A stretch of 64,000 nt of DNA from Candidatus Latescibacterota bacterium. Lineage in GTDB: Bacteria; Latescibacterota; UBA2968; GCA-2709665. Positions 47,154-57,198 of the stretch are shown piece by piece (the first letter of the stretch is position 1; the number at the start of each line of letters is the position of its first letter). The stretch is from assembly GCA_965116875.1 (NCBI GenBank), contig OZ220733.1, positions 5,120,001 to 5,184,000 of the forward strand. The letters are read 5' to 3'. The position numbers were made by a program, and so were the translations under genes. The notes below the pieces were generated by a model. It saw only the letters and a program-made list of their open reading frames with translations, searched no databases and had not been told where the DNA came from.

Positions 47154-48433
47154 TGTTGATGACCCTTCGACCCCACGGCCCCGTGATGCCCGCCGATGTT
47201 CCCAAGAGCCGCCTTCAGGTTGCTTTCCGAGTCGATCAGAAACTGCGCCGATACGACAATCCGCTCGCCTCCCTGCAGCCCGCCGGTTACCTCGAAACCG
47301 TCGTCCGCCTCCACGCCGAGCGACACTTCGCGCGGGGCAAACCTGCCTTCCCCGAGATCCAGAATCACAACGCTTCGCTCTCCCGTACGTATCACGGCCT
47401 CCACCGGGACGACCACGGCCTCTTTCGCCACCCTGGAAAGGATCTTTACCGTGGCAAACATCTCGGGTTTCAATTCCAGTTCCGGGTTGTCGAACACCAT
47501 CCGAACCTTCGCGGTACGTGTCGTGGATTCCAGGAACGGATAGATGTAGCTCACCACGCCTTTGAACTCCCTGCCGGGCGCGTAGGAAAGCACGACTTCG
47601 GCCGATTGCCCTCTTCTGATCCACGGCAATTCATACTCGTAGATATCCGCGTAGACCCATACACGCGAAAGATCCGCGATCCGATAGAGATGCTCTCCGG
47701 CCTTTATATGTGCGCCGTCGTACACCGCCCGATGCACAACCACGCCCTCCTGCGGGGAATGAATCGTCATGGTCCGCTGCGCCTCCCGCGTCCGATCCAG
47801 GTCCGCAATCTGCGCTTCCGCAATATCCCAGTACATCAAACGCTGCCGCGCCGCGGCCAGGAGCGCCTTTGCGCCATCCAGCGCTTCGGCGGACGCTCCC
47901 TCCTCCAGCCGCCGGACATAGTCCAGCGCCGTGAGATACTCCTCCTGCGCGGCCACGAGTTCGGGACTGTAGATGTCCAGCAGCGGTTGTCCCTTCTTCA
48001 CCTCCTGACCGGTAAAGTCGACATACAGTTTCTCCACCCAGCCGGTTACCTTCGTATTCACGTCCGTCATTCCTGTTTCGTCGTAATCTACACGTCCCAT
48101 GGCGCGAACGGTCCGGCTCAATGGGCGCCGTTCCACGACCCCGATTCTGACCCCCATATTCTGCACGGTGGACGGATCGATCCGGACCTCTCCGGCCTCC
48201 TCCCCGTGGTCGCCATCGTGTCCCGACCCGCCCTGCTGGTCCATCACAAGGTCCATTCCGCAAATCGGACAACCTCCGGGCCTGTCCGACACCACCGTGG
48301 GATGCATGGGGCACCGGTACACGGACGGTCCCGACTCATGAGGCGTTGAACCGTCCTCTCCGCCGAGCCATAATCCCAGGACCAGTCCGACACCAAGAGC
48401 GAGAATCGCCATAATGATGTTTTTCGAATTCAT
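47150..48433 (-). CDS. cusB: CusB-type RND periplasmic adaptor subunit
   Basis: YRCPMHP..CPICGMDL, YSPELVAAQEEY, LKPEMFA, SAQFLIDSES. Confidence 0.92.
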   Translation of the reverse strand: MNSKNIIMAILALGVGLVLGLWLGGEDGSTPHESGPSVYRCPMHPTVVSDRPGGCPICGMDLVMDQQGGSGHDGDHGEEAGEVRIDPSTVQNMGVRIGVVERRPLSRTVRAMGRVDYDETGMTDVNTKVTGWVEKLYVDFTGQEVKKGQPLLDIYSPELVAAQEEYLTALDYVRRLEEGASAEALDGAKALLAAARQRLMYWDIAEAQIADLDRTREAQRTMTIHSPQEGVVVHRAVYDGAHIKAGEHLYRIADLSRVWVYADIYEYELPWIRRGQSAEVVLSYAPGREFKGVVSYIYPFLESTTRTAKVRMVFDNPELELKPEMFATVKILSRVAKEAVVVPVEAVIRTGERSVVILDLGEGRFAPREVSLGVEADDGFEVTGGLQGGERIVVSAQFLIDSESNLKAALGNIGGHHGAVGSKGHQH

Positions 48434-48497
48434 AACTCGACCCTTCCCTTTTCAATGCGTACGGCTGCTGAAACCGAGGCGATATCGGGATACCGTA

Positions 48498-49760
48498 CTA
48501 AAACAACCGTTTTCCGATTACCGCTTCCAGTTCCGCCAGCTTTTTCTCGCGCTGAATCAGATGGTGATAGTGTTCGATTTCAAACTGAAACAAAGAGACC
48601 TGGTTGTTCAACAGGGTCAGAAAGTCCACTTTGTCCACCTGGTATCCCGCCATTGCGGATTCCAGCGACTGCTGAGCCTGGGGCAGAATTGCGGTACGGA
48701 ACAGTTCCGCCTGCTTCCGGTGCCGGTCGACTTCAAGGCAGATTTCCTGCACCTGAAACAGGATCTCACGGCTGACGTCTTCTTTCTGCGCCCGGGCCAT
48801 TCTGTTATTGGCCTGCGCCTCGGCAACCTGATTGTCCCGTTTCCGTCCGTTGAAGATCGGAAGGTTCATGCTCACGCCGAACGACAGAAAGTCGCTGCCG
48901 TTCACGGGATCCGGCGCCACATGAGCGCGTTGCAGATAGCCCAGGCGAAACGTCAGATCGGGTCGGCCCGATCGCCGCGCCGCCTGTTCGGTTGCCGCCC
49001 ACCTGGAAATGGTATGGTCTAATTCCTGCAACCGCGGACGGTGCGCCAGGGCAAGCCGCCGGGCGTCCTCCACCGACAGGTCGAGTGGCGTCGCCACCAC
49101 GTCGCCGGGCGCATTCACGGCGGTATCCATCGGCCGATTCAGCACCCGGTTGAGCCGCGCCTCCGCAAGCCTGCGATCCGTATTCAGCCTGATCAGTCGA
49201 TCCCGCAGCGCGGAAAGCGACACCTGGGCCTTCAGGACGTCTTGTTGAAGTCCGCGACCGACCACGTATTTCTTCTCTGCAATTCGAACCAGGTCCCGGA
49301 GGAGCGCCCGGTTCCGTTCCGTCACTTCAATCGCCCGGTCCAGAAACGCCAGCGCATAATATCCCTGCTTCACAAGGTTGACGATCGTTCCGGTGCGGTC
49401 CGCAAGGACTTCTCTGGCAGCGCCGGCGGCAGATTCCGCCGCCCGCTCTTTCGCGCGCAACAGACCCGGAAGCGGTATCCGTTGGCTGACCGTCAACTGC
49501 TTGCCGGACATGTGCGTGCTGTTGAAATCGAAGCTGCTTGTCGGTACGTTCCGCAAATCCAGCGCCAGCATCGGATCCTGCAATGCACCGGCCTGAGGCA
49601 CCCGGGCTTCGACGGCGGCCAACCGATGCTCAAGAACCCTCAGGCCGGAATTTTTCGCAAGCGCCGAGTCGATCAAAACCTCCAGGTCCGGCGCCGCGGC
49701 GCCGGCAACACGGGGTACGTTGAATAGACACATCCCGATGAGTTTCAGCATTCCCTTCAA
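48498..49760 (-). CDS. TolC-family outer membrane efflux protein (CusC-like)
   Basis: OEP-type helical repeats, QAGALQDP, AGYQVDKVDFLTLL; upstream of cusB. Confidence 0.85.
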   Translation of the reverse strand: MKGMLKLIGMCLFNVPRVAGAAAPDLEVLIDSALAKNSGLRVLEHRLAAVEARVPQAGALQDPMLALDLRNVPTSSFDFNSTHMSGKQLTVSQRIPLPGLLRAKERAAESAAGAAREVLADRTGTIVNLVKQGYYALAFLDRAIEVTERNRALLRDLVRIAEKKYVVGRGLQQDVLKAQVSLSALRDRLIRLNTDRRLAEARLNRVLNRPMDTAVNAPGDVVATPLDLSVEDARRLALAHRPRLQELDHTISRWAATEQAARRSGRPDLTFRLGYLQRAHVAPDPVNGSDFLSFGVSMNLPIFNGRKRDNQVAEAQANNRMARAQKEDVSREILFQVQEICLEVDRHRKQAELFRTAILPQAQQSLESAMAGYQVDKVDFLTLLNNQVSLFQFEIEHYHHLIQREKKLAELEAVIGKRLF

Positions 49761-49900
49761 GACTGATCACCTCCATGGCTGGAAAATGGGGCTTCACGCG
49801 CGCAAGAGAGCGCACTCGAGCCGGAGGAACTTCGTCCAGCGATTGAAATTTGGGCGATGTTTCCGAGGAGAAGAGAGAACCTGAACCGCGGAAGACGCGG

Positions 49901-49992
49901 TCAGCCGTCCGTTGACAAAGTCGCTCTTGCAGGCCTGCCAGCGAAGTCCTGGCAGGCAGGCGAAGCCGGAGGGACTCTTCAACGGACTGCCA
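49901..49992. mobile_element. Small MITE-like element (family 3)
   Basis: Ends CAGCCGTCCGTTGACAAAGTC / GACTCTTCAACGGACTGCCA are imperfect inverted repeats; internal CCTGCCAG..CTGGCAGG hairpin. Confidence 0.55.
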
Positions 49993-50002
49993 AGGCGGGA
50001 AA

Positions 50003-50353
50003 TCAGATCAGAAACGAAGCATTCATCAGGTACAGCGAGGACATGTGACGGGCAGCAACAGAATGATTCACCACCGTGCGGGGCAGGCGTGACATGAAAG
50101 CTGCGGGAGCGCGGACCGAAGGAGGCGCGGCATGTGAGTCCGGATGCAAAAACCGCTGACCGGACGCCGCGAGGGCAGGAGGCAGTTCGGCAGGCGCGTT
50201 GGATACGTTGCCGTTGTTCCCCGCGCAGCAGCAGTCCGACTCAACCGGTTCGGCGTGGCACGCTTCGGCCTGAACGGGAATGCCGCACAGACAGTGGACG
50301 ACAGCGAGTGCGAAGCCGAAGGCCAGAAATGAATTGGAGAAGGCGCGGACCAC
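50003..50353 (-). CDS. Cys/His-rich small exported protein heading the cus operon (CzcI/DUF2946-like)
   Basis: Signal-like N-terminus, CH..DCCC, C-terminal LYLMNASFLI. Confidence 0.55.
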   Translation of the reverse strand: MVRAFSNSFLAFGFALAVVHCLCGIPVQAEACHAEPVESDCCCAGNNGNVSNAPAELPPALAASGQRFLHPDSHAAPPSVRAPAAFMSRLPRTVVNHSVAARHMSSLYLMNASFLI

Positions 50354-50445
50354 TTCCTGCCTCCTGAGTGTGAATTGTCTGCCGGAACGATCGGTACTTT
50401 ATCTACGCCTGTCAAGCCCTGCAGTTCGAAAAAAGCCGCGATTCG

Positions 50446-51618
50446 CTATTCGAGACTCTGGAAGGGCTCCCAAGCTTCCCCCGCGGCGGCGGCACGGCGC
50501 TCGAGCTCACCGCGCCAGCCCACGACTTCTCCGCCCTTTATCCGCCCGATGTCATAGCCGGCGTACCGGTCTTCCAGCGTATCGCCGAGCTTCTGCGTTT
50601 CGGCCCATCGGTCCCACGCCGTTTTCATCCAGTCATAGGGAAGTGCGTCTCGCACCGCGGGATCCAGTTGCCACGCGCTTCGCACGTCGGCCACGGAAGG
50701 CTCACCCGTGAACGGCCCGGACCACCTCGACCATCCGATGGACAGTGTATTTCGTTCTCTACCGGGGACGGTATGGCCCGTGTGAATGTTCGAGCCGATC
50801 CGTATGAGGGCTTCGCCCGCCTTCAGGCGGATCGCGACCTGTCCAGGCAACGGGTCCACGCCGTTCCAACTGGGTGTGTGCGGGACGCCCTTCTCCTTCA
50901 TGGCCTTGGGAAGGAGGACGTCGTGCTCGAAGGGCGTGCGCCATCGATTGTGGCTGCCGGGTATGAGTTCGTGGCACTCTTCGTCGACCAGCGCAAGGAA
51001 CATGCTCACCCCGTTCCGCTCGGTGATCGACCGGGCGTTGTTCGCGCGAATCTCCGTCCAGCGTTCCCGCTCGACCTCCTCGGTGTACGCTTCGGGCCCC
51101 TCCCCGCGGATCTCTCGCTGCGCGAAATAGGGCTTTCCGGTCCCCCACCAGGTCACGTCCCGGTGCCAACTGAGGGAATGTTCCGAATCTCGCGGATTGC
51201 ACCACAACAGCAGACCGCCATACGTGAAATCCTCAGGGCCAAGACCATTGCACCAGGATTGAATGAAATTGAGAAAATCGTCCGAGCCGTGAAACTCCGC
51301 GAAACAGGGTTCATTGAAAGCGGGATGGACCACGCCGCGTATCGCCCACGGTTCGTCCTTCCCGGTGCGGTGGACGTAGCCCCTGGAGCAGTCGATTTTG
51401 CTGTACCCGTTGACCGGTGCGCACGCCTCCGTTATCCGGCGGCCCGCATCCCGGAGAACCGGAATCCATGGATTCTCGACAAAGTCGTTGATGATGACGA
51501 ATCCGTGTTCTTCGAGGTGTGCCAGCCGCTCGGGTGTGGCGCCCGGCGCCGACAGTTCGGGCAGAGCGTCCGCAAAGGCAGGCGCCCTGTAGGTGGAGGA
51601 TTTCGCGTCAGTTTTCAT
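50446..51618 (-). CDS. Phytanoyl-CoA dioxygenase (PhyH)-like Fe/2OG protein
   Basis: HGFVII, WHRD, LIPGSH, LKAGEAL..HTG. Confidence 0.8.
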   Translation of the reverse strand: MKTDAKSSTYRAPAFADALPELSAPGATPERLAHLEEHGFVIINDFVENPWIPVLRDAGRRITEACAPVNGYSKIDCSRGYVHRTGKDEPWAIRGVVHPAFNEPCFAEFHGSDDFLNFIQSWCNGLGPEDFTYGGLLLWCNPRDSEHSLSWHRDVTWWGTGKPYFAQREIRGEGPEAYTEEVERERWTEIRANNARSITERNGVSMFLALVDEECHELIPGSHNRWRTPFEHDVLLPKAMKEKGVPHTPSWNGVDPLPGQVAIRLKAGEALIRIGSNIHTGHTVPGRERNTLSIGWSRWSGPFTGEPSVADVRSAWQLDPAVRDALPYDWMKTAWDRWAETQKLGDTLEDRYAGYDIGRIKGGEVVGWRGELERRAAAAGEAWEPFQSLE

Positions 51619-51630
51619 TTCTTTTCCCCT

Positions 51631-51718
51631 TGATCAGGATTTGCAGGATTTTCAGGTTTAAAAACAGGTACTCAACGCCATCCTGTCCGCCCTTTCATCC
51701 GGACAATGCCGATCAGAA
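51631..51718. repeat. Nonamer-repeat hairpin element (CAGGATTTN / NATCCTGNN)
   Basis: TGATCAGGATTTGCAGGATTTTCAGG ... CATCCTGTC..CATCCGGACAATGCCGATCAG. Confidence 0.6.
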
Positions 51719-51995
51719 CCTACGGTATATCCCGACCGTCGCTTTGTCAACACCAATTTCCATGCATTGTGCGTGTACGGAATGCGAAGACGGGACAGGA
51801 TTTCCGGGCAATGTAATACAAAACGCTCGCCTATCATGTGAATTGTCCCTATATTTGAACTTTGCGGTCGCAGTTTCCTGCAAACATGACGCTGCAGACG
51901 TCCGACCCTCCAGAGGGTTCCGCGCCTGGCTGAGCAGGCTGTCCAACAGGTTGGAAAATCGGGGGTTCGGGCGTTTTTCGCTTGAGGAACAACGT

Positions 51996-53909
51996 GTGAA
52001 TCGGATCGTTGCTGCGTTCTGGCTTGTCCTCGTTGCCCATCTCGCAGTCGCACAACCTGCCAATGCGCAGATCGGCCGCGGAGAAATCGAAACCCGGTTT
52101 CAAAAAGCCCTCGGCGACTACATCGACGGCAACTATCGGGCGGCGGAAAGGGCCTTCCGGGCGCTGACCGAAGCCGAACCCACGCACCGGCGTTCGTCGG
52201 CCTCCCGGCTGATGCTGGCCAAATCGCTCTACAAACTCGAGAAATACGAACTTGCGCTCGTAACGGCAACAGGAATCTACGACGCCTTCCCTCGCAGCCG
52301 GTATCTTCCCGAAGCCGACCTGATCGCCGGCGACTGCGAGTTTCAGCAGGGACGGGTCTACGTCGCCGCGTCCCGGTACGCGCGCGTGGTGTCCGGAAAG
52401 GGAGACCTCCGTCTGAAGGCCAGAGCGGCGGATCGGCTGGGACAACTTGCGGGAGCGGGGAGAATCACCGATGGCGACGTCGCGCGTCTGCGGGACGACT
52501 TCGGACAGGGCATCGTCGCGGAGGCCGTGGCGTTCGGCCGCGCCCGGTGGCCGTCGAGACTTGCCCGGACCGAACCGTCCGAACGGGAAATGGCGGGATT
52601 CCTGGGTCGGTATCCGAATGGCACATTCGCCGCGCTGGCACGTGAAAAACGCTCTGCGCCGGAACGCATTCAGCCCTCCGAAGCCGGTACGCCGCCCACA
52701 CAAGCCGCCGAAGAACCCGAAGAACCGGCCGACGCGCGCTTCACGATCGGCGTGATCGCGCCCCTCGCAAGCCCGCCTGGAAAGGACATGGTTGACGGCG
52801 TCCTGGTGGCTCGGGAACTGCATCAGCTCAAATCGGGAGAGCGGGTCGCGCTGGTCTTTAAAGACTCGGAAGGCAGGCCGGTACGCGCAATCAAGGCGGC
52901 TCAGAGTCTGGTGGAAGATCACGGTGTGATTGCCATTATCGGCGCCCTGACCAGCGCTGAAACCCTTCCCATCGCTGCACTGGCCGGCTCCTACGAAGTC
53001 CCGCTGATCGCGCCCACAGCCTCGGAAGACGGCCTGGCGACCCTGAGTCCCTACGTTTTTCAGGTCAATGCCACGCCTGGCGCGCAGGGCCGCCGGATTG
53101 CGGACTACGCGGTTCGGGAAACGGGGCTGCGCACGCTGGCGACGTTCGCGTCGCGGGACCCCTACGGGGAACAGATCGCCAATGAGTTCACGGCCCGTGC
53201 GGAAGAGTCGGGTTCGGAAGTCATCGTACAGACTTGGTACGAACCCGGAACGACCGACTACCGGGGTCAGCTGGAGCGCATCAGGGACGCCGGACTGGCG
53301 CTCCACCCGCCCGAATTTCTGGCGGACGAAATAGACTCGCTGATTCTTGGGAGCATTCGGCTCGCGCCGCCGCCGCCGGTCGAAGTGGATCCCGATACGG
53401 TGCAGCCGGCGCCGGTGCATACGCTGGATGGCCTGCTCATTGCCGGGGGCAAGGACGACGTCCTGCTGATCGCGCCGCAGATCGCCTTCCACCGCATCCA
53501 CTCGCGAATGCTGGGCAGCGACGGCTGGAATCACCACGAAGTCGCGCGAGACTCCTATACCGACGGCGCGGTCTTCGTCGCAAAGTACTCCACACGCAGC
53601 GATCTGGTTTCCGTGCATGAGTTCCTCGGCGCCTTCAGGCAACGGTTCAATCGCGACCAGACCATTGCGGCTGCACTGGGATTCGACGCCATGACGGCAG
53701 TCCTGACCGCAATCGAGAAAGGCGGCACGACGCCGGTGCGACTTCAGCACGCGTTGGAGAACCTCGGCGAAATTCCGGGCGCCACCGGGAAGATTTCCTT
53801 CAGCCGCGGCAATCGGGAAAACGCCTGGATGTACCTTCTGACCATAAGCGACGGAAAGATTCAGCTTCTCTCTACCGGCCGCGCGGACAATGCCGCGTCC
53901 GAACCCTGA
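51996..53909 (+). CDS. TPR plus periplasmic binding protein type 1 (LpoA/LppC-like)
   Basis: Signal peptide, TPR-like helices, IGVIAPL, AIIGAL, ALGFDA, GATGKISF; GTG start after GAGGA. Confidence 0.8.
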   Translation: MNRIVAAFWLVLVAHLAVAQPANAQIGRGEIETRFQKALGDYIDGNYRAAERAFRALTEAEPTHRRSSASRLMLAKSLYKLEKYELALVTATGIYDAFPRSRYLPEADLIAGDCEFQQGRVYVAASRYARVVSGKGDLRLKARAADRLGQLAGAGRITDGDVARLRDDFGQGIVAEAVAFGRARWPSRLARTEPSEREMAGFLGRYPNGTFAALAREKRSAPERIQPSEAGTPPTQAAEEPEEPADARFTIGVIAPLASPPGKDMVDGVLVARELHQLKSGERVALVFKDSEGRPVRAIKAAQSLVEDHGVIAIIGALTSAETLPIAALAGSYEVPLIAPTASEDGLATLSPYVFQVNATPGAQGRRIADYAVRETGLRTLATFASRDPYGEQIANEFTARAEESGSEVIVQTWYEPGTTDYRGQLERIRDAGLALHPPEFLADEIDSLILGSIRLAPPPPVEVDPDTVQPAPVHTLDGLLIAGGKDDVLLIAPQIAFHRIHSRMLGSDGWNHHEVARDSYTDGAVFVAKYSTRSDLVSVHEFLGAFRQRFNRDQTIAAALGFDAMTAVLTAIEKGGTTPVRLQHALENLGEIPGATGKISFSRGNRENAWMYLLTISDGKIQLLSTGRADNAASEP

Positions 53910-54072
53910 TCACCTCCACTCGACCTCTTCTCTTCGCATCACGAGCGCTACCCACTGGCATTTCAATTGCAATGGATTCGACAAGCGACCGCCAGACGCA
54001 TCGTCTGCGGCAGATTCATCGCTTGTTAACAAGAACTTGCGTCCAATTGCAACGTCAGGGGGACAGCCTGTG

Positions 54073-55884
54073 ATGCGCGATTTTTTTCAATCCGCCAATC
54101 GTAGAGCGAAAGTGACTTTCATCGCTCTGCTCCCGAATCTACTTTCCGGTCTCGCGTCTCATGCGCAGGTATCCCTGAATCCTGAAGCCGCGGAAACGTA
54201 CCTGGCCGTTCTGAGGGACCTGGACGGACAGGTCATCAACGTCAACAGGGCCGGCGCCGAGGACCTGCAGGTATTGCCCTGGTTTTCGCCGGAGATGGCG
54301 CGGCAGGTCATCGCCCATCGAAAACGGTACGGTCCCTTCCAGCGTCTGGGCGATCTTCGCAGGGTTCCCGGCGTCACCTCCGAGGTCCTCGCAGCCGTGC
54401 GGCCCTATCTCACGGTATCGTCGCGGCGGGATCCACGCGTCCGAACGTCGGTAAGGATCACCCGCCCGTCGAGTCATCCTGACGCCTGGTCCAACCTGCG
54501 GCTCTACCAGCGAACCGTGATCGGAGTACGGGGCGTGGAAGGCGTCTTCCTCACGGAACGCGACCCCCTGGAAGTACGGCTTGCGGACTTCCTCACCGGA
54601 TACGTGCGCGTCGCGGCCGTGCCGGGCTTGCGGCGCCTGCTCGCGGGCGATTTCCGACCCGGTTACGGACAGGGCCTGCTTTTCAGCCGCCACACCCGAT
54701 CCGCGACAGGCCTCGAGTGGGCAAGGCCGGCCAGCGTTCGAACCGTGGGCAATCGCTCCGCGATCGAAGACGGCGCGCTCCGCGGCCTGTTTGCCGAAGG
54801 CCGGTCCGGCCGGGTCACGTGGACGGTCATGGGTGCGCGAAACCGATGGGATGCCGCCATAGACAGCGCGGGCGTTGCCGAGTTACGTACCGCCGACCTG
54901 CACGTCACGCAAACCCAGCGGGAACGCAGAGGCAGGCTGCGGGAACACCTGGCGGCGATTCGATCCCGAGTCGAAGTGCCGGGCGGCAGTATCGGGGCCA
55001 CTTTCGTCCGGACCACGTTTACTCCTTCGTTGCAAGACGTACACCGCCTGCATTCTTCCGGTATGGACTGGAACCTGCGCGTGAGGCAGATGAACGTCTT
55101 CGGCGAAGTCGCCGCAACCGGAGCAAAGGCCGTTGCCTGGCTGACGGGCGCACGTACGGGAATGGATCGCCTCAAGCTGGTGGTACTTGCCCGCAGGTAC
55201 GCATCCGAGTTTTCCAGCCTGCACGGCGGCCCGTTCTCCGCGTACGGCGGCAGGAACGAGTGGGGTCTGTTCACCGGCGCCGTGTGGCGGCCGGGCAGGA
55301 AAACACGGTTTCAGGCCACGCTCGACAGGCACGGCCGCATCGCGCCCGAAGGCAGACACACACTGCCCGCCCGGGGAGAGCGTTTCGGCCTGGAAATGAG
55401 GCGTCGTCTCGGCGGCGCCAGGATGCGGCTTACGCTGGGTACGCGGAGGCAGACGATCACGACTTCGGGTATCAAAGGAATGCGACACCAGAAACGCGCG
55501 CGCCTTCGTCTGACCGTACCCCGGTCGGCTGCACGCCTCAATCTGTGGCTGGAAGGCGCAGGCGCCCGCTCCCCCATCCGAACGAGCGACGGCCGCGCCG
55601 CGGGTCTGGATCTCCGCGTCCAGCGCGGGACAGGACTGAGGGTCGACACCTGGCTGGCCCTTTTCGACGTGACCCACTTCGACTCCCGGATCTATACGTT
55701 TGAACCCGACGTCTGGGGTGGCAGCCGCATGCAACTCCTGACCGGAAGAGGCCGTACGGCGGGAATCCGGATCATCTGCAAGGGTTCGCGCATCCGCGTT
55801 TCCGTACGATACGCGATCAAGAAGACCGGAGACGGTACATCGAGCACCTGGGCGGCGCAGATCGAACTCGGTACGAGGAAGTAA
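54073..55884 (+). CDS. Helix-hairpin-helix (ComEA-like) domain protein with outer-membrane beta-barrel
   Basis: INVNRAGAEDLQVLP..YGPF..DLRRVPGV; AGDFRPGYGQGLL, NEWGLF, RIYTFEPDV. Confidence 0.8.
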   Translation: MRDFFQSANRRAKVTFIALLPNLLSGLASHAQVSLNPEAAETYLAVLRDLDGQVINVNRAGAEDLQVLPWFSPEMARQVIAHRKRYGPFQRLGDLRRVPGVTSEVLAAVRPYLTVSSRRDPRVRTSVRITRPSSHPDAWSNLRLYQRTVIGVRGVEGVFLTERDPLEVRLADFLTGYVRVAAVPGLRRLLAGDFRPGYGQGLLFSRHTRSATGLEWARPASVRTVGNRSAIEDGALRGLFAEGRSGRVTWTVMGARNRWDAAIDSAGVAELRTADLHVTQTQRERRGRLREHLAAIRSRVEVPGGSIGATFVRTTFTPSLQDVHRLHSSGMDWNLRVRQMNVFGEVAATGAKAVAWLTGARTGMDRLKLVVLARRYASEFSSLHGGPFSAYGGRNEWGLFTGAVWRPGRKTRFQATLDRHGRIAPEGRHTLPARGERFGLEMRRRLGGARMRLTLGTRRQTITTSGIKGMRHQKRARLRLTVPRSAARLNLWLEGAGARSPIRTSDGRAAGLDLRVQRGTGLRVDTWLALFDVTHFDSRIYTFEPDVWGGSRMQLLTGRGRTAGIRIICKGSRIRVSVRYAIKKTGDGTSSTWAAQIELGTRK

Positions 55885-56072
55885 CACTCACGGCAGAAAG
55901 GCGTATCCAATCAGGCGGACGGGTGGCATTTTTCCCTTTCTGGTGTCCTTCTGATTGAGTATTTTGGCCACCGGGCGGTAACGTCAGGCACGCACTTCGC
56001 AAGTACAATTGCCGGCAGCGAAACCTTCCGCTCGCCGGCAATTTCACGTTATTCAAAACGGCTGATCGGCAC

Positions 56073-57113
56073 ATGGTGAAATACTTCACAATACGATCCC
56101 GGATTTCCCCGATCGCGCTGTGCGGCATGTTGCTGGCCGGCTGCGGCCCGCGGCTTCCCGAATCCGTGGGACCCGCACAGGAGATACTGGTCCTGATCGA
56201 TCCGTCCGCCCGGGAGCGGCTGGAACCGCATTTGAAAGAGGTCTTCGAAAAGATCCTCTATACACCTCAGGAAGAGAAGGTCTTCCGGCTGCAGTTCGAA
56301 GACGTGGCCGATTTTGACAGGTACGAGAACAAGAGGCGCAAGAATATTCTGGTGATCGCCGAACTCGACGCACCGAATCCCACCGCGGACTTCCTGAGGA
56401 ACATCCTCAGCCCCGACGTGCAAGACGCCGTGCGGATGAAACGGTCCGGCGTATTCTGGAAGGAAGACGTCTGGGCAAAAGAGCAGCTTCTCATGGCGGT
56501 GACGGGAGCGGACAGCACCGCGCTGGTGGACAACCTCCGGATGGAAGCGGATCGGCTCTACCGGCGGATCGAAGACGCACGTAACGAACGGATCCGGCGG
56601 TTGATTTATCGGTACGGCGAACGGAAGGACGTCACCGAACGGCTCGGAAGGGAATTCGGCTGGCAGGTGCGCGTGGCTTTCGGATACCGCATCCTCGAGG
56701 CCTATCCCGACAGCGGATTCGTGGTCTTGACGAAGGAGGAACCCAACCGGTGGCTGTTCGTCTATTGGGAGGACGGCATCTCCCCCGACGAACTCTCGGA
56801 GGAGTGGTGCATCCGAAAACGCGACGATATTACGCGGAGATTTTTCGATCGGGACCGGATTGTACAGGACCACCTGGAAATCGGCCAGGCTGAGTTCGCC
56901 GGAAGGCTGGCGTTCGTCCTGCAGGGACTCTGGGAAAACAAGAAAAAATGGGCCGGGGGCCCATTCAGGAGTTACGCGTTCGTGGACGTGGAAACCGATC
57001 GGTTCTTCTACATCGACTGCGGGGTGTATTCACCGAACAAACGCAAAGAACCCTATCTTCGCCAGATCGATCTGATGGCAAGGTCCTTTACACAGGTGGA
57101 ATCGACACCCTGA
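56073..57113 (+). CDS. DUF4837 family lipoprotein
   Basis: Lipobox LAGC; EILV, TPQEE, DVWAKEQ, GLW..GGPFRSY, YSPNKRK. Confidence 0.8.
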   Translation: MVKYFTIRSRISPIALCGMLLAGCGPRLPESVGPAQEILVLIDPSARERLEPHLKEVFEKILYTPQEEKVFRLQFEDVADFDRYENKRRKNILVIAELDAPNPTADFLRNILSPDVQDAVRMKRSGVFWKEDVWAKEQLLMAVTGADSTALVDNLRMEADRLYRRIEDARNERIRRLIYRYGERKDVTERLGREFGWQVRVAFGYRILEAYPDSGFVVLTKEEPNRWLFVYWEDGISPDELSEEWCIRKRDDITRRFFDRDRIVQDHLEIGQAEFAGRLAFVLQGLWENKKKWAGGPFRSYAFVDVETDRFFYIDCGVYSPNKRKEPYLRQIDLMARSFTQVESTP

Positions 57114-57198
57114 ACCTTGCTTTTCATTCGTGAAGACGGTATAATTCGAAACGCTGATCGACCCTGAACCGGTACGGCGCCCGCGGAGCGGAAGATCG

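Noticed and set aside
56006-56044. Hairpin AATTGCCGGC..GCCGGCAATT upstream of the DUF4837 gene
   Set aside because: Single occurrence without a clear U-tract or recognisable riboswitch motif; function cannot be assigned
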